DNA of 64,000 bases from a virus (IMGVR_UViG_3300021420_000017:82651-146650); one strand, 5' to 3'. Positions 23,095 through 32,558 are shown, numbered from the stretch's first letter. A program made the numbers and translations. The notes: generated by a model not told the origin, from the sequence alone.

Positions 23095-23595
23095 ATGAGC
23101 ACCCCCGTCCTCACTCCAGGTCAGTACGTCACGGTGCCCGGCAGCGGCTTCGTCTGCTGGTGCATCCGAAAGATCACCCGATCCCCGGTGGCGCATGCCT
23201 TCCTCTACGTGGGCCCGCAGGCCGACGGGACCGACATGGTGGAGGCTGAGCCCGGCGGGGTGCGCTTCGGCCGCACGAGCGACTACCCGGTGCGCTATGT
23301 CTCTGGGCGAGTGCTGGATCCAGCGGTCGCGAAGGCGATTGCGGAGACCGGGATCGCGATGGCGAGCAAGGACACTGACTACAACTTCCTGGCGGACTTC
23401 TATCTCGGGCTGCGCGAGGGTGCGCGACTACCTGTTCCCCAGACTCTGTTCCGGCTCGCCTCGACCGGTAAACACGTCGAGTGCGCGCAGCTTGTCGATT
23501 ACGCATACCTCGTAAATGGGGCACATCTCTTCGAGGACGGGCGCTCGCCCGGCGCTGTCTCCCCGGGCGACCTGTGGCGGTTGGACTACCACTGA
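23095..23595 (+). CDS. Permuted papain-like NlpC/P60 amidase (YiiX/YaeF family-like)
   Basis: SPVAHAFLYVG (His) precedes VECAQLVDYAY (Cys) and ends SPGDL, the circularly permuted order; TAGGAT -10 box 7 nt before ATG 23095. Confidence 0.75.
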   Translation: MSTPVLTPGQYVTVPGSGFVCWCIRKITRSPVAHAFLYVGPQADGTDMVEAEPGGVRFGRTSDYPVRYVSGRVLDPAVAKAIAETGIAMASKDTDYNFLADFYLGLREGARLPVPQTLFRLASTGKHVECAQLVDYAYLVNGAHLFEDGRSPGAVSPGDLWRLDYH

Positions 23596-23617
23596 CCTGC
23601 TCCGCGCGGGATGGATG

Positions 23618-23653
23618 CTGCCCTCCGCGCCGCTGGAGCCCCTGAAGTAGTGA
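23618..23653 (+). promoter_or_regulatory. Putative phage late promoter
   Basis: CTGCC-N20-TGAAGTAGTGA. Confidence 0.65.
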
Positions 23654-23723
23654 AGAGGACTCTGCCTCGTGATGCGGGTCTTCTTCGGGTCGGTGCTCAA
23701 CTCAACCAGCGCGGAGCTGAACT

Positions 23724-24398
23724 GTGACGGCTGATTTCAAGCAGGGCGCCTCTCTTCTCGGAGGCGTGCTGGCCTCGGGGTGCGTGAATCCCACCTATGC
23801 CTGCGCTTTCACTGGCTCTCCGACCGGTGGCACCTTCACCGTATCCATCACCACCGGGATCGGTGGTGTCTCAAATACTCAGTCCACCGGGGCGATCACC
23901 TACTCCGCGAGCCTGACAGCGGCCTCGATTCAGGCCACGGTGCAGGCACTGCCCGGGATGTCGAGCGTCATGGTGACGGGCCCCAACGGCGGCCCTTTCA
24001 CGTTCACCATCCCGAACTCGCTGGGCGTGTCGACAGTGTCGATCTCGGCGCAGGCCCTGACCGGTGGATCCACTCCTTCGGCCGCGATCACGAGCAATGG
24101 GGTTTCGACCTTGCTCTACGCGGTCCCCGTCGCCTCAGCCGTCAAGGTCGCGACATTCTACGTCAGCGCGGCGGCCGGGCAGGCAGGCTACCTATCGATC
24201 TCCGTGATCCCCAATGGGGGCGCGCAAGACGGAACTCACGTTGCCGTTCCGGGCTACCCACTCGTGGCCTACGACTTCCTGAGTCAGGAGGACGTCCTGT
24301 CCGTCGTTAAGGGCGCGATGTGGGATGCCGGGACCCAGTTGTATCTCTACTGCCCGGCCGCCGTCACCTATGGTCTCACCGGGGCGGTGTCGTCCTAG
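23724..24398 (+). CDS. Virion structural protein, beta-rich (224 aa)
   Basis: Thr/Ser/Gly-rich; first gene after the late motif. Confidence 0.65.
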   Translation: MTADFKQGASLLGGVLASGCVNPTYACAFTGSPTGGTFTVSITTGIGGVSNTQSTGAITYSASLTAASIQATVQALPGMSSVMVTGPNGGPFTFTIPNSLGVSTVSISAQALTGGSTPSAAITSNGVSTLLYAVPVASAVKVATFYVSAAAGQAGYLSISVIPNGGAQDGTHVAVPGYPLVAYDFLSQEDVLSVVKGAMWDAGTQLYLYCPAAVTYGLTGAVSS

Positions 24399-26470
24399 TG
24401 CCCGGCTTTTCCGCTCTGAATAAGCGCACGCCGCGCACCAACCCGGCCGACGCTCGCTATGACGCCAACGGGGCAGCGTCCGCAGCGATTGCATCCTCTG
24501 CACAGAAGGCCAATAACGGGTCAGACTTCGCGGACCCCGGATCGACCCGATCGAACCTACAAGTTCCGATGCTCGGTCCATGCAAAGCCGTCGCGACAGC
24601 AAATATCACCCTGTCGGGAACGCAGGTAGTCGACGGCTATGCGGCAGGGGTCGGAGACCAGATTCTCGCGAGCGCGCAGACACTGGGCGCCCAGAATGGC
24701 CCCTGGGTGGTCGCTACCGGGGCCTGGACTCGTCCCACTGATTATGCGAGCGGTTCGGTCATCAAGGGGCGCATGCTCCAGGTCAACACTGGCTCAACAG
24801 CCAACATCGGTCTCTGGACGATGTTGGCTTCTACCTCGGTGACAGTCGATACCACAGCCACGACGTGGGTTCCAGCAGGTCAGGCGCGCAACGATGCAAG
24901 GTACGACGTGGCTGGCGCCGCTGCCACGGCGCAGACAGCAGCGCAGGCGTACACGGACTCTGAAACGACACGGGCGCAGACAGCAGAGCTGCTGGCAGCC
25001 AAGAAGTCCGCAAACCTTTCTGACCTGACAAGCACCTCGACGGCGAGAGCCAACATCAGCGCGGCCAAGTCGGGTGTGAACAGTGACATCACCAGTCTGA
25101 CGGGGCTCACGACCCCGTTGGCGGTCTCCGAGGGCGGCACGGGCAGCGCCTCCCAGAACTTCGTTGATCTCTCGACAGCCCAGACGGTTGCGGGTGTCAA
25201 GACGTTCTCCAGCGCGCCGGTGGTTCCTGCCGCCTCGTTCCCCGAGTCGGCCGTCACCGGCTTGGTTGCCGACCTCGCGGCCAAGGCACCACTTGCCTCT
25301 CCCACTTTCACCGGGACGGTCACTACTCCTGTCCCGGTCAACGCGACCGACGCCGCGACGAAGGCCTATGTCGACTCGGTTGCCGCCGGATTATCAACGA
25401 AGGCATCATGTCGTGTCGCTACGACCGCCTCGCTTCCGGCCAACACCTATGCGAGCGGAGTACTGACTGCTAATGCCTTTGGAGCTTTGACGGTCGATAC
25501 GGTTGCCGTTTCGGTTGGCGACAGAATTAACGTCAAGAATGAAACGGCCCAGGCTAACAACGGGCTGTATGTGGTCACTGCGACGGGGAGTGCGGGAGCG
25601 ACCTATGTGCTTACCCGCACCTCGGACATGAACACCGGGGCGCAGATCCCGGGTGCCTTCGTCTTCATTGAGCAGGGATCTGCGAACAGCAGTTCTGGTT
25701 GGGTGGTCGGCGCCGCCGGTCCCTACACGCTCGGAACGACAGCCATCATTTGGACCCAGTTTTCCGGTGCCGGTGAGATCACTGTCGACTCGACCCTCAC
25801 CGAGGCAGGTAACCAGATCTCTCGCTCGGCGATCACAGGTGACGTCTCAGTCCCTGCTGGATCAAACGTGGCAACGCTGGCCACAGCAAACGCCAATACG
25901 GGCTCCTTCGGCACGGCATCTCAGGTCCCGACGCTGACGCTGGATGGCAAGGGGCGGACGACGGCAGCAGCCAACACGTCGATCCAGATCGCGGAATCCC
26001 AGGTCACTGGACTGACTGCCGACTTGGCCGCGCGGAGTACCACTTTAGTTCTTAAGCCCGTGCAAACGGCCTCATTTACTGCAGTGGTAGGGAATATCTA
26101 CCCGATTAATGCCAACAACGCTGTGATAGTCACGCTCCCCACCGCTCCTGCGGACAAGTCGATCGTTCAGTTCAAGGTCACTATCGGATCCACTGTCGGG
26201 TTGCCCACCGGTGGCCAACTCAATAATCCGGTTATTTACAACACCGGTGGCTCAGATGTCATCAATGTGGCTGGTGGCGTTACCACTGGGCATTTATATC
26301 TGTTAGACCAGGCCGTTACCCTTCAATATGATCAGACGACCGCCGTCTGGATAGCTACCGGTGACGATTTACCGCTCGCTCAGCTCGATGCCCGCTATGG
26401 GCCTTCGACTCTTGATGGGGGCGCCCCGGGCGTACCAAATACTGACACCTACGACGGAGGGGCACCATGA
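24398..26470 (+). CDS. Fibre-like virion protein (about 690 aa)
   Basis: GTG overlapping the upstream TAG; fibre motifs (DAATKAYVD, GSFGTASQVPTLTLDGKGR, NLSDL..ARANI); ends with two DGGAP motifs. Confidence 0.75.
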   Translation: MPGFSALNKRTPRTNPADARYDANGAASAAIASSAQKANNGSDFADPGSTRSNLQVPMLGPCKAVATANITLSGTQVVDGYAAGVGDQILASAQTLGAQNGPWVVATGAWTRPTDYASGSVIKGRMLQVNTGSTANIGLWTMLASTSVTVDTTATTWVPAGQARNDARYDVAGAAATAQTAAQAYTDSETTRAQTAELLAAKKSANLSDLTSTSTARANISAAKSGVNSDITSLTGLTTPLAVSEGGTGSASQNFVDLSTAQTVAGVKTFSSAPVVPAASFPESAVTGLVADLAAKAPLASPTFTGTVTTPVPVNATDAATKAYVDSVAAGLSTKASCRVATTASLPANTYASGVLTANAFGALTVDTVAVSVGDRINVKNETAQANNGLYVVTATGSAGATYVLTRTSDMNTGAQIPGAFVFIEQGSANSSSGWVVGAAGPYTLGTTAIIWTQFSGAGEITVDSTLTEAGNQISRSAITGDVSVPAGSNVATLATANANTGSFGTASQVPTLTLDGKGRTTAAANTSIQIAESQVTGLTADLAARSTTLVLKPVQTASFTAVVGNIYPINANNAVIVTLPTAPADKSIVQFKVTIGSTVGLPTGGQLNNPVIYNTGGSDVINVAGGVTTGHLYLLDQAVTLQYDQTTAVWIATGDDLPLAQLDARYGPSTLDGGAPGVPNTDTYDGGAP
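24504..24540 (+). repeat. 37-bp exact direct repeat at the start of an approximately 360-bp diverged duplication
   Basis: AGAAGGCCAATAACGGGTCAGACTTCGCGGACCCCGG, also at 29296-29332. Confidence 0.9.
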
Positions 26471-26973
26471 GCACGTTGCTCGGCGACATCCTGATGAAGC
26501 GTGGAACTGCAGCACAGTGGACTGCCGCCAACGACGTTCTCCGTGCCAGCGAGCATGGATATGAGACAGATACCCACAAGCAAAAGATCGGCGATGGCAC
26601 CACTGCGTGGAACTCACTGGCTTACACTTCCGGGCCAGGCCTTTGGTCGCTGCTGATCGAGAATGTCAATGCGGTCGCGACATCCGGTGCTGCGGTGACC
26701 ATTCCCGACGTCACTGTCGCCACGCTCAACCGCGTGGTGTTGACCGCCAACTGCACTCTGACGTTTCCTACTGCTGCTGCGGGTAAGACTTTTCTGATCG
26801 CTCTCGTTCAGGACGGGACCGGTTCTCGGACCGCGACCTGGCCGAGCACAGTGAAGTGGCCTTCCGGGACCACGCCGACGCTGACGGCGACGGCAAACAA
26901 GACCGACCTGTTTTCGTTCTCCTGCTTGGATGGAACGAACTGGCTATCCTTGGTTGTCGGCCAGGCGTTCTAA
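26467..26973 (+). CDS. Minor virion protein with Mtd-N/hyaluronidase-like N-terminal anchor domain (168 aa)
   Basis: MKRGTAAQWTAANDVL..GYETDT.K.KIGDG motif; C-terminal LVQDGTGSRTATWP domain shared with 31251. Confidence 0.7.
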   Translation: MSTLLGDILMKRGTAAQWTAANDVLRASEHGYETDTHKQKIGDGTTAWNSLAYTSGPGLWSLLIENVNAVATSGAAVTIPDVTVATLNRVVLTANCTLTFPTAAAGKTFLIALVQDGTGSRTATWPSTVKWPSGTTPTLTATANKTDLFSFSCLDGTNWLSLVVGQAF

Positions 26974-27632
26974 TGCGAGCTTCGCATCTCGTCCTGTGTC
27001 AACCTCCTCCCAGTGGAGGTAGCGGTATTGCTGTACGCAGTTTCGCATTAGCCCACACCATTGCTATCGGTCAGGGCCCGGCTATCACGTCAGCCACATA
27101 TAATGGCGGCGTTACTCCGGTGGCGGGCGATTTGCTGATTGCGTTTGTTAGTATTCGAGACGCTGGTGGTTTAGGCGAGGCTGGTCCGATTAATACGCCC
27201 ACCAACTGGACTGCGCGGGGTCATATCGATACTTCGCCGGATAACTTCTCGTTAGCGATGTTCAGCAGGATAGCGACTGCGACGAGTGCCGATAACATTA
27301 CACCCGCCAGTTCTACTGATGCGGACTTCGAGGATGACTACGACGTCGCGGTTATTGCAGTGAAGAACACAGCGGGAGTAAGTGGCACCCCACCCACTCC
27401 AGTGAATAGTAGCACCGCGCCATCTACGGGATCTGTAGGAGATCTTCTTATTGGAGGCTGGTTTCAATATCCCGCAGGGTCAAACACGGGACTTCCTGGG
27501 TCCATGACTCAGATCGTGTCCGATAATACTGACGACCCACAGCTCTCAGTTGGATACGAGCTGCTTGCCAGTCCTGGGACACGAACTGGGACTGGCACAT
27601 ACGCGGCAGTCATCGCGGCAGCCCACCTCTGA
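26973..27632 (+). CDS. Virion protein, beta-rich (219 aa)
   Basis: TAATG overlap gives ATG 26973; Thr/Ser/Gly-rich. Confidence 0.6.
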   Translation: MRASHLVLCQPPPSGGSGIAVRSFALAHTIAIGQGPAITSATYNGGVTPVAGDLLIAFVSIRDAGGLGEAGPINTPTNWTARGHIDTSPDNFSLAMFSRIATATSADNITPASSTDADFEDDYDVAVIAVKNTAGVSGTPPTPVNSSTAPSTGSVGDLLIGGWFQYPAGSNTGLPGSMTQIVSDNTDDPQLSVGYELLASPGTRTGTGTYAAVIAAAHL

Positions 27633-27647
27633 TGAGGAGCCGGTGAT

Positions 27648-29108
27648 ATGGCTACGCTAGTTGATGGAGGAGCCCCGTCGGGGGCTAGCACATCCGACAC
27701 CATCAGCGGCGGCCCCGACAATGACGTCACACTGCCCATCGCGCAGACCGACGTCACGGGGCTCGTCGCAGCGCTGGGGGCCAAGGCGGACGCGACGGCC
27801 ACTACGACAGCTCTGGCCGCGAAGGCGAATGAGACCGAGCTGGCTGCCTACGTCAAGACGATCAATCATGCCTCTCCTGATGGCTCAGGCGACGTGGAAG
27901 TGGTCATACCGTCAGCCACGGGAGTGGTCCCTTATCACAATCACAACCACCTCGTAGAGCCTCTGGGGGTTGTTAAACACACTGCATCGATGTTGGCGGC
28001 CGAGTTCACGATCACTCAAGGCTTGAACGTCTTCATCGTGAATGCCAACTCGACATTCACCATCGAGGCCCCGCAGTTCGCCGACTCGGAATACAGTCCG
28101 ACCAGTGGCGCCCGTACACCCTTCGGGTCGGCCGGACCCGAGTGGTACTCCACTGCCGCCGGTGGGAGCCAGTTCGGCGCGTTCCCGTTCGAGACGCGGC
28201 ATATCATCGACGTCGCCGTGATCCAGGATGACGTCGGCGGTCATAGCGTCACGTTCCAGAACCTTTTCGAGGGTGCGCCCGTGGCGCTGACCACCGGCGC
28301 GACCTACCCCGGTCCGGCAACCACTACTGCGAATGCTGTTTCATTTTGGCGATTCACTTGGTATGGGCTCCCTCTTGGTTGGGTGCGCGACCTCCTCGGT
28401 GATGGTGCCGCAATGACGATAAAGCCTCTGCCATCATCGACATCCACCTATATCCGAGGCCACTACGTCAGCACGTGCAGTGCTGCTGACGCCACAGCTA
28501 TCGTTACCAACCTCAAGATGATCCCGCTGAACGCCAGGAAGGTTCTCTACGCGGCGGGCCTATACGCCGAACTTGCGCCGGGCAACCAGTCCCCGAGTTT
28601 GATCTGCATCCATAGCGGCGATCTGCCGGGAAGTCGATCTCAAACAGGTTCCCGACCTCTGACCAGCTTCACCCGGCTCGTGTCTCCAAATGGCAGCGGT
28701 GTCGGTGCGGCCTCTTGGACAAACAACGTCAATCCCGTGCTACATGAGTCTGGCCACGCACTGGACTTCATCCTCTATCGCAATGGCGTACCGGTCAGCG
28801 GGACGACGTACTACCGTGTGGGCGATGATCCGAGATTCATCTCTTTGTACAATACCTGTGTTCCTCGTTCTTGGACTGGACGCAACGACTACTACCTCGT
28901 TGACAATGCCTTCTCAGCCGGGGGGATCGGCAAGAATGAGTGGATGGCCCAGATGCTGGGCTGTTACACGTACTATTTGTATCTGACGAACAACTCGTTA
29001 TCGGACGCGACTCTCCTCGAAACCGAGTGGAGTGGCGCAGCGCCGGACGACATCATCGCCACCTTCAAAACGACCGCAGCCTCAGCGTTATCAGCATGGT
29101 TGTCGTAG
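27648..29108 (+). CDS. Fibre-like protein with C-terminal zinc metallopeptidase domain (486 aa)
   Basis: GAGGAG RBS; YVKTINHASPDGSGDV fibre motif; VLHESGHALD (28743-28757) with distal NEWMAQ, an anthrax-lethal-factor/Pro-Pro-endopeptidase-like pattern. Confidence 0.7.
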   Translation: MATLVDGGAPSGASTSDTISGGPDNDVTLPIAQTDVTGLVAALGAKADATATTTALAAKANETELAAYVKTINHASPDGSGDVEVVIPSATGVVPYHNHNHLVEPLGVVKHTASMLAAEFTITQGLNVFIVNANSTFTIEAPQFADSEYSPTSGARTPFGSAGPEWYSTAAGGSQFGAFPFETRHIIDVAVIQDDVGGHSVTFQNLFEGAPVALTTGATYPGPATTTANAVSFWRFTWYGLPLGWVRDLLGDGAAMTIKPLPSSTSTYIRGHYVSTCSAADATAIVTNLKMIPLNARKVLYAAGLYAELAPGNQSPSLICIHSGDLPGSRSQTGSRPLTSFTRLVSPNGSGVGAASWTNNVNPVLHESGHALDFILYRNGVPVSGTTYYRVGDDPRFISLYNTCVPRSWTGRNDYYLVDNAFSAGGIGKNEWMAQMLGCYTYYLYLTNNSLSDATLLETEWSGAAPDDIIATFKTTAASALSAWLS

Positions 29109-29162
29109 CTCATCCGCGATGTGGCGTCGATCGTTTGTCCCGGCATATAGAAAGAGGTTGAT

Positions 29163-30476
29163 ATGGCTACGTTGGCCGATGGAGGCGCTCCCTCGGGAGT
29201 AAGCATCTCAGATTCCATCATCACGACGGCCCTGGTCGCGAAGGCTGATCTCGTTGGCGGGATAGTGCCCGAGACGGAACTGGCGGGGTATGCGAAGAAG
29301 GCCAATAACGGGTCAGACTTCGCGGACCCCGGGTCAGTGCGGGCGAACCTGAATGAGCCGGTGCTCGGCTCATGTCAGGCCGTCGCGACAGCAAATATCA
29401 CCTTGTCGGGAACGCAGACGATTGATGGTTACGCGGCTGTCGCAGGAGATCGCATCCTTGCCACTGCGCAGACCACGGGCTCGCAAAACGGCCCCTGGCT
29501 AGTCGCTTCAGGAGCCTGGACTCGTCCTACTGACTATGCGAGCAGTGCGGTCGTGACTGGTCGCACCGTCCAGGTGCGCACGGGCTCGGCTTCGAATATC
29601 GGCCTGTGGACATTGCTCACCTCAACATCTGTGACGGTCGACACGACAGCGACCACGTGGTCGCTGGCTGGCCGAGCAGCAGGCGATGCGAGGTACGTCA
29701 TAGGTCTAGCGGGGGCTGCCGTCATTACGACCTCGGCGACGCCTGTTGGCGGGAAGAAGAACTCTTACAATGCCTCGGGCGGCTCACTCACTCCAAGCCT
29801 GCCTGCCCTATCGGGATTGTCGGCTGGTCCGACCGAGTATTACGTTGAGAAAAGTATTGCAGACACCAGTGCAAATACCATTACCTTTGTGTGTGCCGGT
29901 GCGGACACTTTTGATTACAGCCCAACTGCGACCAGTCTTCAGCTCGTTGAGCCCAGTGAATGGTATGTGTTAGTGGTCGTATCGATTAGTGGCACGAAGT
30001 ATTGGTCTATCAAAGGGATGGGGGCGGGCCGGTTTCTGAACGACGCGCGGTATGCATCTGGGACGCTTCTGGCCACGGCAACTGGCGCCACTGGTTCTGG
30101 GTCGCTGACATCGACGTCGACTAACTACGTTGTCGGGAGTAGCGCGGTCACAATAGTGCTTGCGTCACAGCGGCGCCTGCGGATCGCGGTTAACGCGCTG
30201 ATCATCCCGGGCTCGTCTACCCCGGGTACTTATACCGTCTTCCCGGCCTACAACTCAGGGGGGTACAACCTCGCCGGAGCAGGTCAAGTGGGTTCTTGGG
30301 GTGCGCAGGGGAGCACGACTAACAACCAGGGAATAACCATCTCTAAGGAAGACAACATTCTGTTGTCGGCCGGTACTTATACGTTTTATCCGATAATCCA
30401 GCGGCTGTCGGGCGGGTCTACGACAGATACAGCGAACTACGGTTACGTTGCCGTCTACGATGCAGGGCCATCGTAA
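29163..30476 (+). CDS. Fibre-like virion protein (437 aa)
   Basis: GAGG RBS; shares an approximately 120-aa module with the 24398 gene; N-terminal DGGAP. Confidence 0.72.
   Translation: MATLADGGAPSGVSISDSIITTALVAKADLVGGIVPETELAGYAKKANNGSDFADPGSVRANLNEPVLGSCQAVATANITLSGTQTIDGYAAVAGDRILATAQTTGSQNGPWLVASGAWTRPTDYASSAVVTGRTVQVRTGSASNIGLWTLLTSTSVTVDTTATTWSLAGRAAGDARYVIGLAGAAVITTSATPVGGKKNSYNASGGSLTPSLPALSGLSAGPTEYYVEKSIADTSANTITFVCAGADTFDYSPTATSLQLVEPSEWYVLVVVSISGTKYWSIKGMGAGRFLNDARYASGTLLATATGATGSGSLTSTSTNYVVGSSAVTIVLASQRRLRIAVNALIIPGSSTPGTYTVFPAYNSGGYNLAGAGQVGSWGAQGSTTNNQGITISKEDNILLSAGTYTFYPIIQRLSGGSTTDTANYGYVAVYDAGPS
29296..29332 (+). repeat. 37-bp exact direct repeat, second copy
   Basis: Identical to 24504-24540. 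Confidence 0.9.
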
Positions 30477-30501
30477 CGGGATGATCCATCGATCCGACCA
30501 C

Positions 30502-30529
30502 TTGATACTCGCCTCGATCTTGGTAGGTT
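30502..30529 (+). promoter_or_regulatory. Host sigma70/SigA-like promoter, leaderless
   Basis: TTGATA-N16-TAGGTT, ATG 6 nt after the -10 box, no RBS. Confidence 0.5.
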
Positions 30530-30535
30530 CGGTTC

Positions 30536-31159
30536 ATGAGAAAAGACCCTGATACCCCGATCTACAGTCCTAATGCGGTAGAGATCCGCGATGGTGCGGT
30601 GCACTACCACTTCGCGGATAAGGATCTGCAGAGCTACATGGAGACCAACTACGGCTTCGTGTGGGACCCGGATCACGACTGCGGGCCCAACCTCTACACC
30701 GGCGTTCATCACTATGGGGCCTACGTAGCCAAGGCGAGCTGGATGCCGGACGGAAGTCTGCATATTGGCATCAACCAGGGCATCCGGGCCTGGCACAACA
30801 CTCAGCCGGAGTTGGTTCGGCAAGACGAACTCGCCAAGGAGAAGGCCACCAACGCCAAAGTCCTCGGGATCGGCATCTGGCAGACCATCGGCTTCATCGC
30901 CTTCCTGATCGCGATGGGCACAAGCAGTCATGCGGATACGAACTTCGCCCCAATCTTCATCATCGGGTGGATCATCTGGATCTTCCTGGGCTTCCTCCCG
31001 GTGATCATCAACTACGAGCCCAAGAGTGAGCTGGGCAAGTTCATTCACGAGATCAGTCCCTATATCGGGGCCGCGATCGTGGCCAAGCACGTCTACGATC
31101 GCCACGAGAAGAGGCAGGCCGAGCAGATCGCGGACGCGGTCCGAAGGGGACTCCTCTAA
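30536..31159 (+). CDS. Membrane protein with 2-3 TM segments (207 aa), moron-like
   Basis: Soluble N-terminal domain, then IWQTIGFIAFLIAMG and FAPIFIIGWIIWIFLGFLPVII; own promoter. Confidence 0.75.
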   Translation: MRKDPDTPIYSPNAVEIRDGAVHYHFADKDLQSYMETNYGFVWDPDHDCGPNLYTGVHHYGAYVAKASWMPDGSLHIGINQGIRAWHNTQPELVRQDELAKEKATNAKVLGIGIWQTIGFIAFLIAMGTSSHADTNFAPIFIIGWIIWIFLGFLPVIINYEPKSELGKFIHEISPYIGAAIVAKHVYDRHEKRQAEQIADAVRRGLL

Positions 31160-31172
31160 CGGGCGACCGGCC

Positions 31173-31208
31173 CTGTCTCAGGCGGTCTTGCGGGACCTGA
31201 AGTAGTGA
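31173..31208 (+). promoter_or_regulatory. Putative phage late promoter
   Basis: CTGTC-N20-TGAAGTAGTGA. Confidence 0.65.
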
Positions 31209-31250
31209 GGGCCACTCCAGGCGGCCATCCACACACCTGAGAGGTTCATC

Positions 31251-31835
31251 GTGGGAAAGCAAGTTACCGTTTTGAGCGGTTTCACTGATGTCGCTCTGCC
31301 GAAGATCTACACGGTCCCGGTCTCCTCGGCGGTCGCGGGCACTCCTGCCCAGACGGTCCAGGTACTCGGCGTCGGCGGCTACAACGCGGGCGACACGGTG
31401 ACCCTGACCGACGCTGAGTATGCCGCGCTCTCGGCCGCCGTCACCCGGGCCCTGGGCAGCCCCACCACCGTGGCGCAGCCCTTCCGCCCCTCGGCCGATC
31501 CGACGTCCTCCAAGGCCACTGTGGCGGCCACCACGTCGGGCACCATCGCCCTGGCGCTGGGCTACAACATCGTAGGCCCGGTGACCGGAGCCACCGTGCT
31601 GACGCTGCCCGCTGCGGGTGCGGGCTGGACGGCGGGATCGCGCTCGACGGTCAGCGTCAAGATCACTCAGGACGCGACCGGCTCCCGGGCGATCACGCAC
31701 CCGACCGGGGTCCGCTGGTTCGGGGGATCTGCTCCCACTGCGACCACCACGGCCAGCAAGGCGGATTACTTCGAGTATTTCAGCGATGACGGTGGAGTGA
31801 CCGTGTACGGGCGAGTGCTCGGGCAGAGTGCCTGA
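31251..31835 (+). CDS. Virion protein (194 aa)
   Basis: GAGG RBS; N-terminal domain paralogous to 41360, C-terminal domain paralogous to 26467. Confidence 0.72.
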   Translation: MGKQVTVLSGFTDVALPKIYTVPVSSAVAGTPAQTVQVLGVGGYNAGDTVTLTDAEYAALSAAVTRALGSPTTVAQPFRPSADPTSSKATVAATTSGTIALALGYNIVGPVTGATVLTLPAAGAGWTAGSRSTVSVKITQDATGSRAITHPTGVRWFGGSAPTATTTASKADYFEYFSDDGGVTVYGRVLGQSA

Positions 31836-31847
31836 TTGATGTGAGCT

Positions 31848-31890
31848 AACAGCGCACCGAGGACTCCGCTCTGGTCCTCGGTGCGCTGTT
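31848..31890 (+). terminator. Intrinsic terminator
   Basis: 17-bp perfect stem AACAGCGCACCGAGGAC / GTCCTCGGTGCGCTGTT. Confidence 0.75.
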
Positions 31891-31899
31891 TCATCTGTC

Positions 31900-31935
31900 C
31901 TGTCTGAGTGATACCTGGGACAAGTGAAGTATCGA
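31900..31935 (+). promoter_or_regulatory. Putative late promoter (variant)
   Basis: CTGTC-N20-TGAAGTATCGA immediately after the terminator. Confidence 0.55.
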
Positions 31936-31964
31936 CAGCCTCCATCGTGAAGGGAACCACCGAC

Positions 31965-32531
31965 ATGCCTGTGTCCGACCTCATCCGCGCCAGTGATTTG
32001 ACCCGCATGGCCAATGAAGGCGCCACCATCGTGGTGCGTAATACTCAGCCCGGCATCACCACCCACACCGACGAGCTGCTCAAGCAGACGACCGAGTGGA
32101 CTGGCGCAGGTGATACCAGCGGCGGGGATGTGCGCGAGGTCCCGGCAGCCTACCTCAAGAACCCGAGCTTCCGTGATGCGATCATGCGCGGGATCTATGT
32201 GGTCGAGGACGGTGAAGAATCGCTGATGAAGGCGGTCGAGTCCCTGCGAGCCGACTGGGACGGTCGCCAGCAGGCCAAGCTCGACTCCAACGAGACGCTG
32301 AAGCGCTCCTCCAACAAGTCGATCGGCAAGGGTGCCTCCTGCATCGCCCCCAAGGGCACGTCTCTGTGTGGCAACATCTCACTCGTGCTCGGCGACGAGG
32401 ACAACCCCAAGCCGCCTCTGTGTGGCGAGCACGCGCACATGAGCACGCAGTACGCCCAGGTCCCCACCGGCCGTCTGGTCAACAACAAGGAAGAGAAGAC
32501 CTGGCGGCGCGGCTCGGTCGCGGCTCACTAG
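31965..32531 (+). CDS. Hypothetical protein (188 aa) with C-terminal Cys/His cluster
   Basis: ATG 31965 with GAAGGGA upstream; C..C..CGEH. Confidence 0.7.
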   Translation: MPVSDLIRASDLTRMANEGATIVVRNTQPGITTHTDELLKQTTEWTGAGDTSGGDVREVPAAYLKNPSFRDAIMRGIYVVEDGEESLMKAVESLRADWDGRQQAKLDSNETLKRSSNKSIGKGASCIAPKGTSLCGNISLVLGDEDNPKPPLCGEHAHMSTQYAQVPTGRLVNNKEEKTWRRGSVAAH

Positions 32532-32558
32532 TAGCACCCTGCCCGGTCCCCACCTGTT

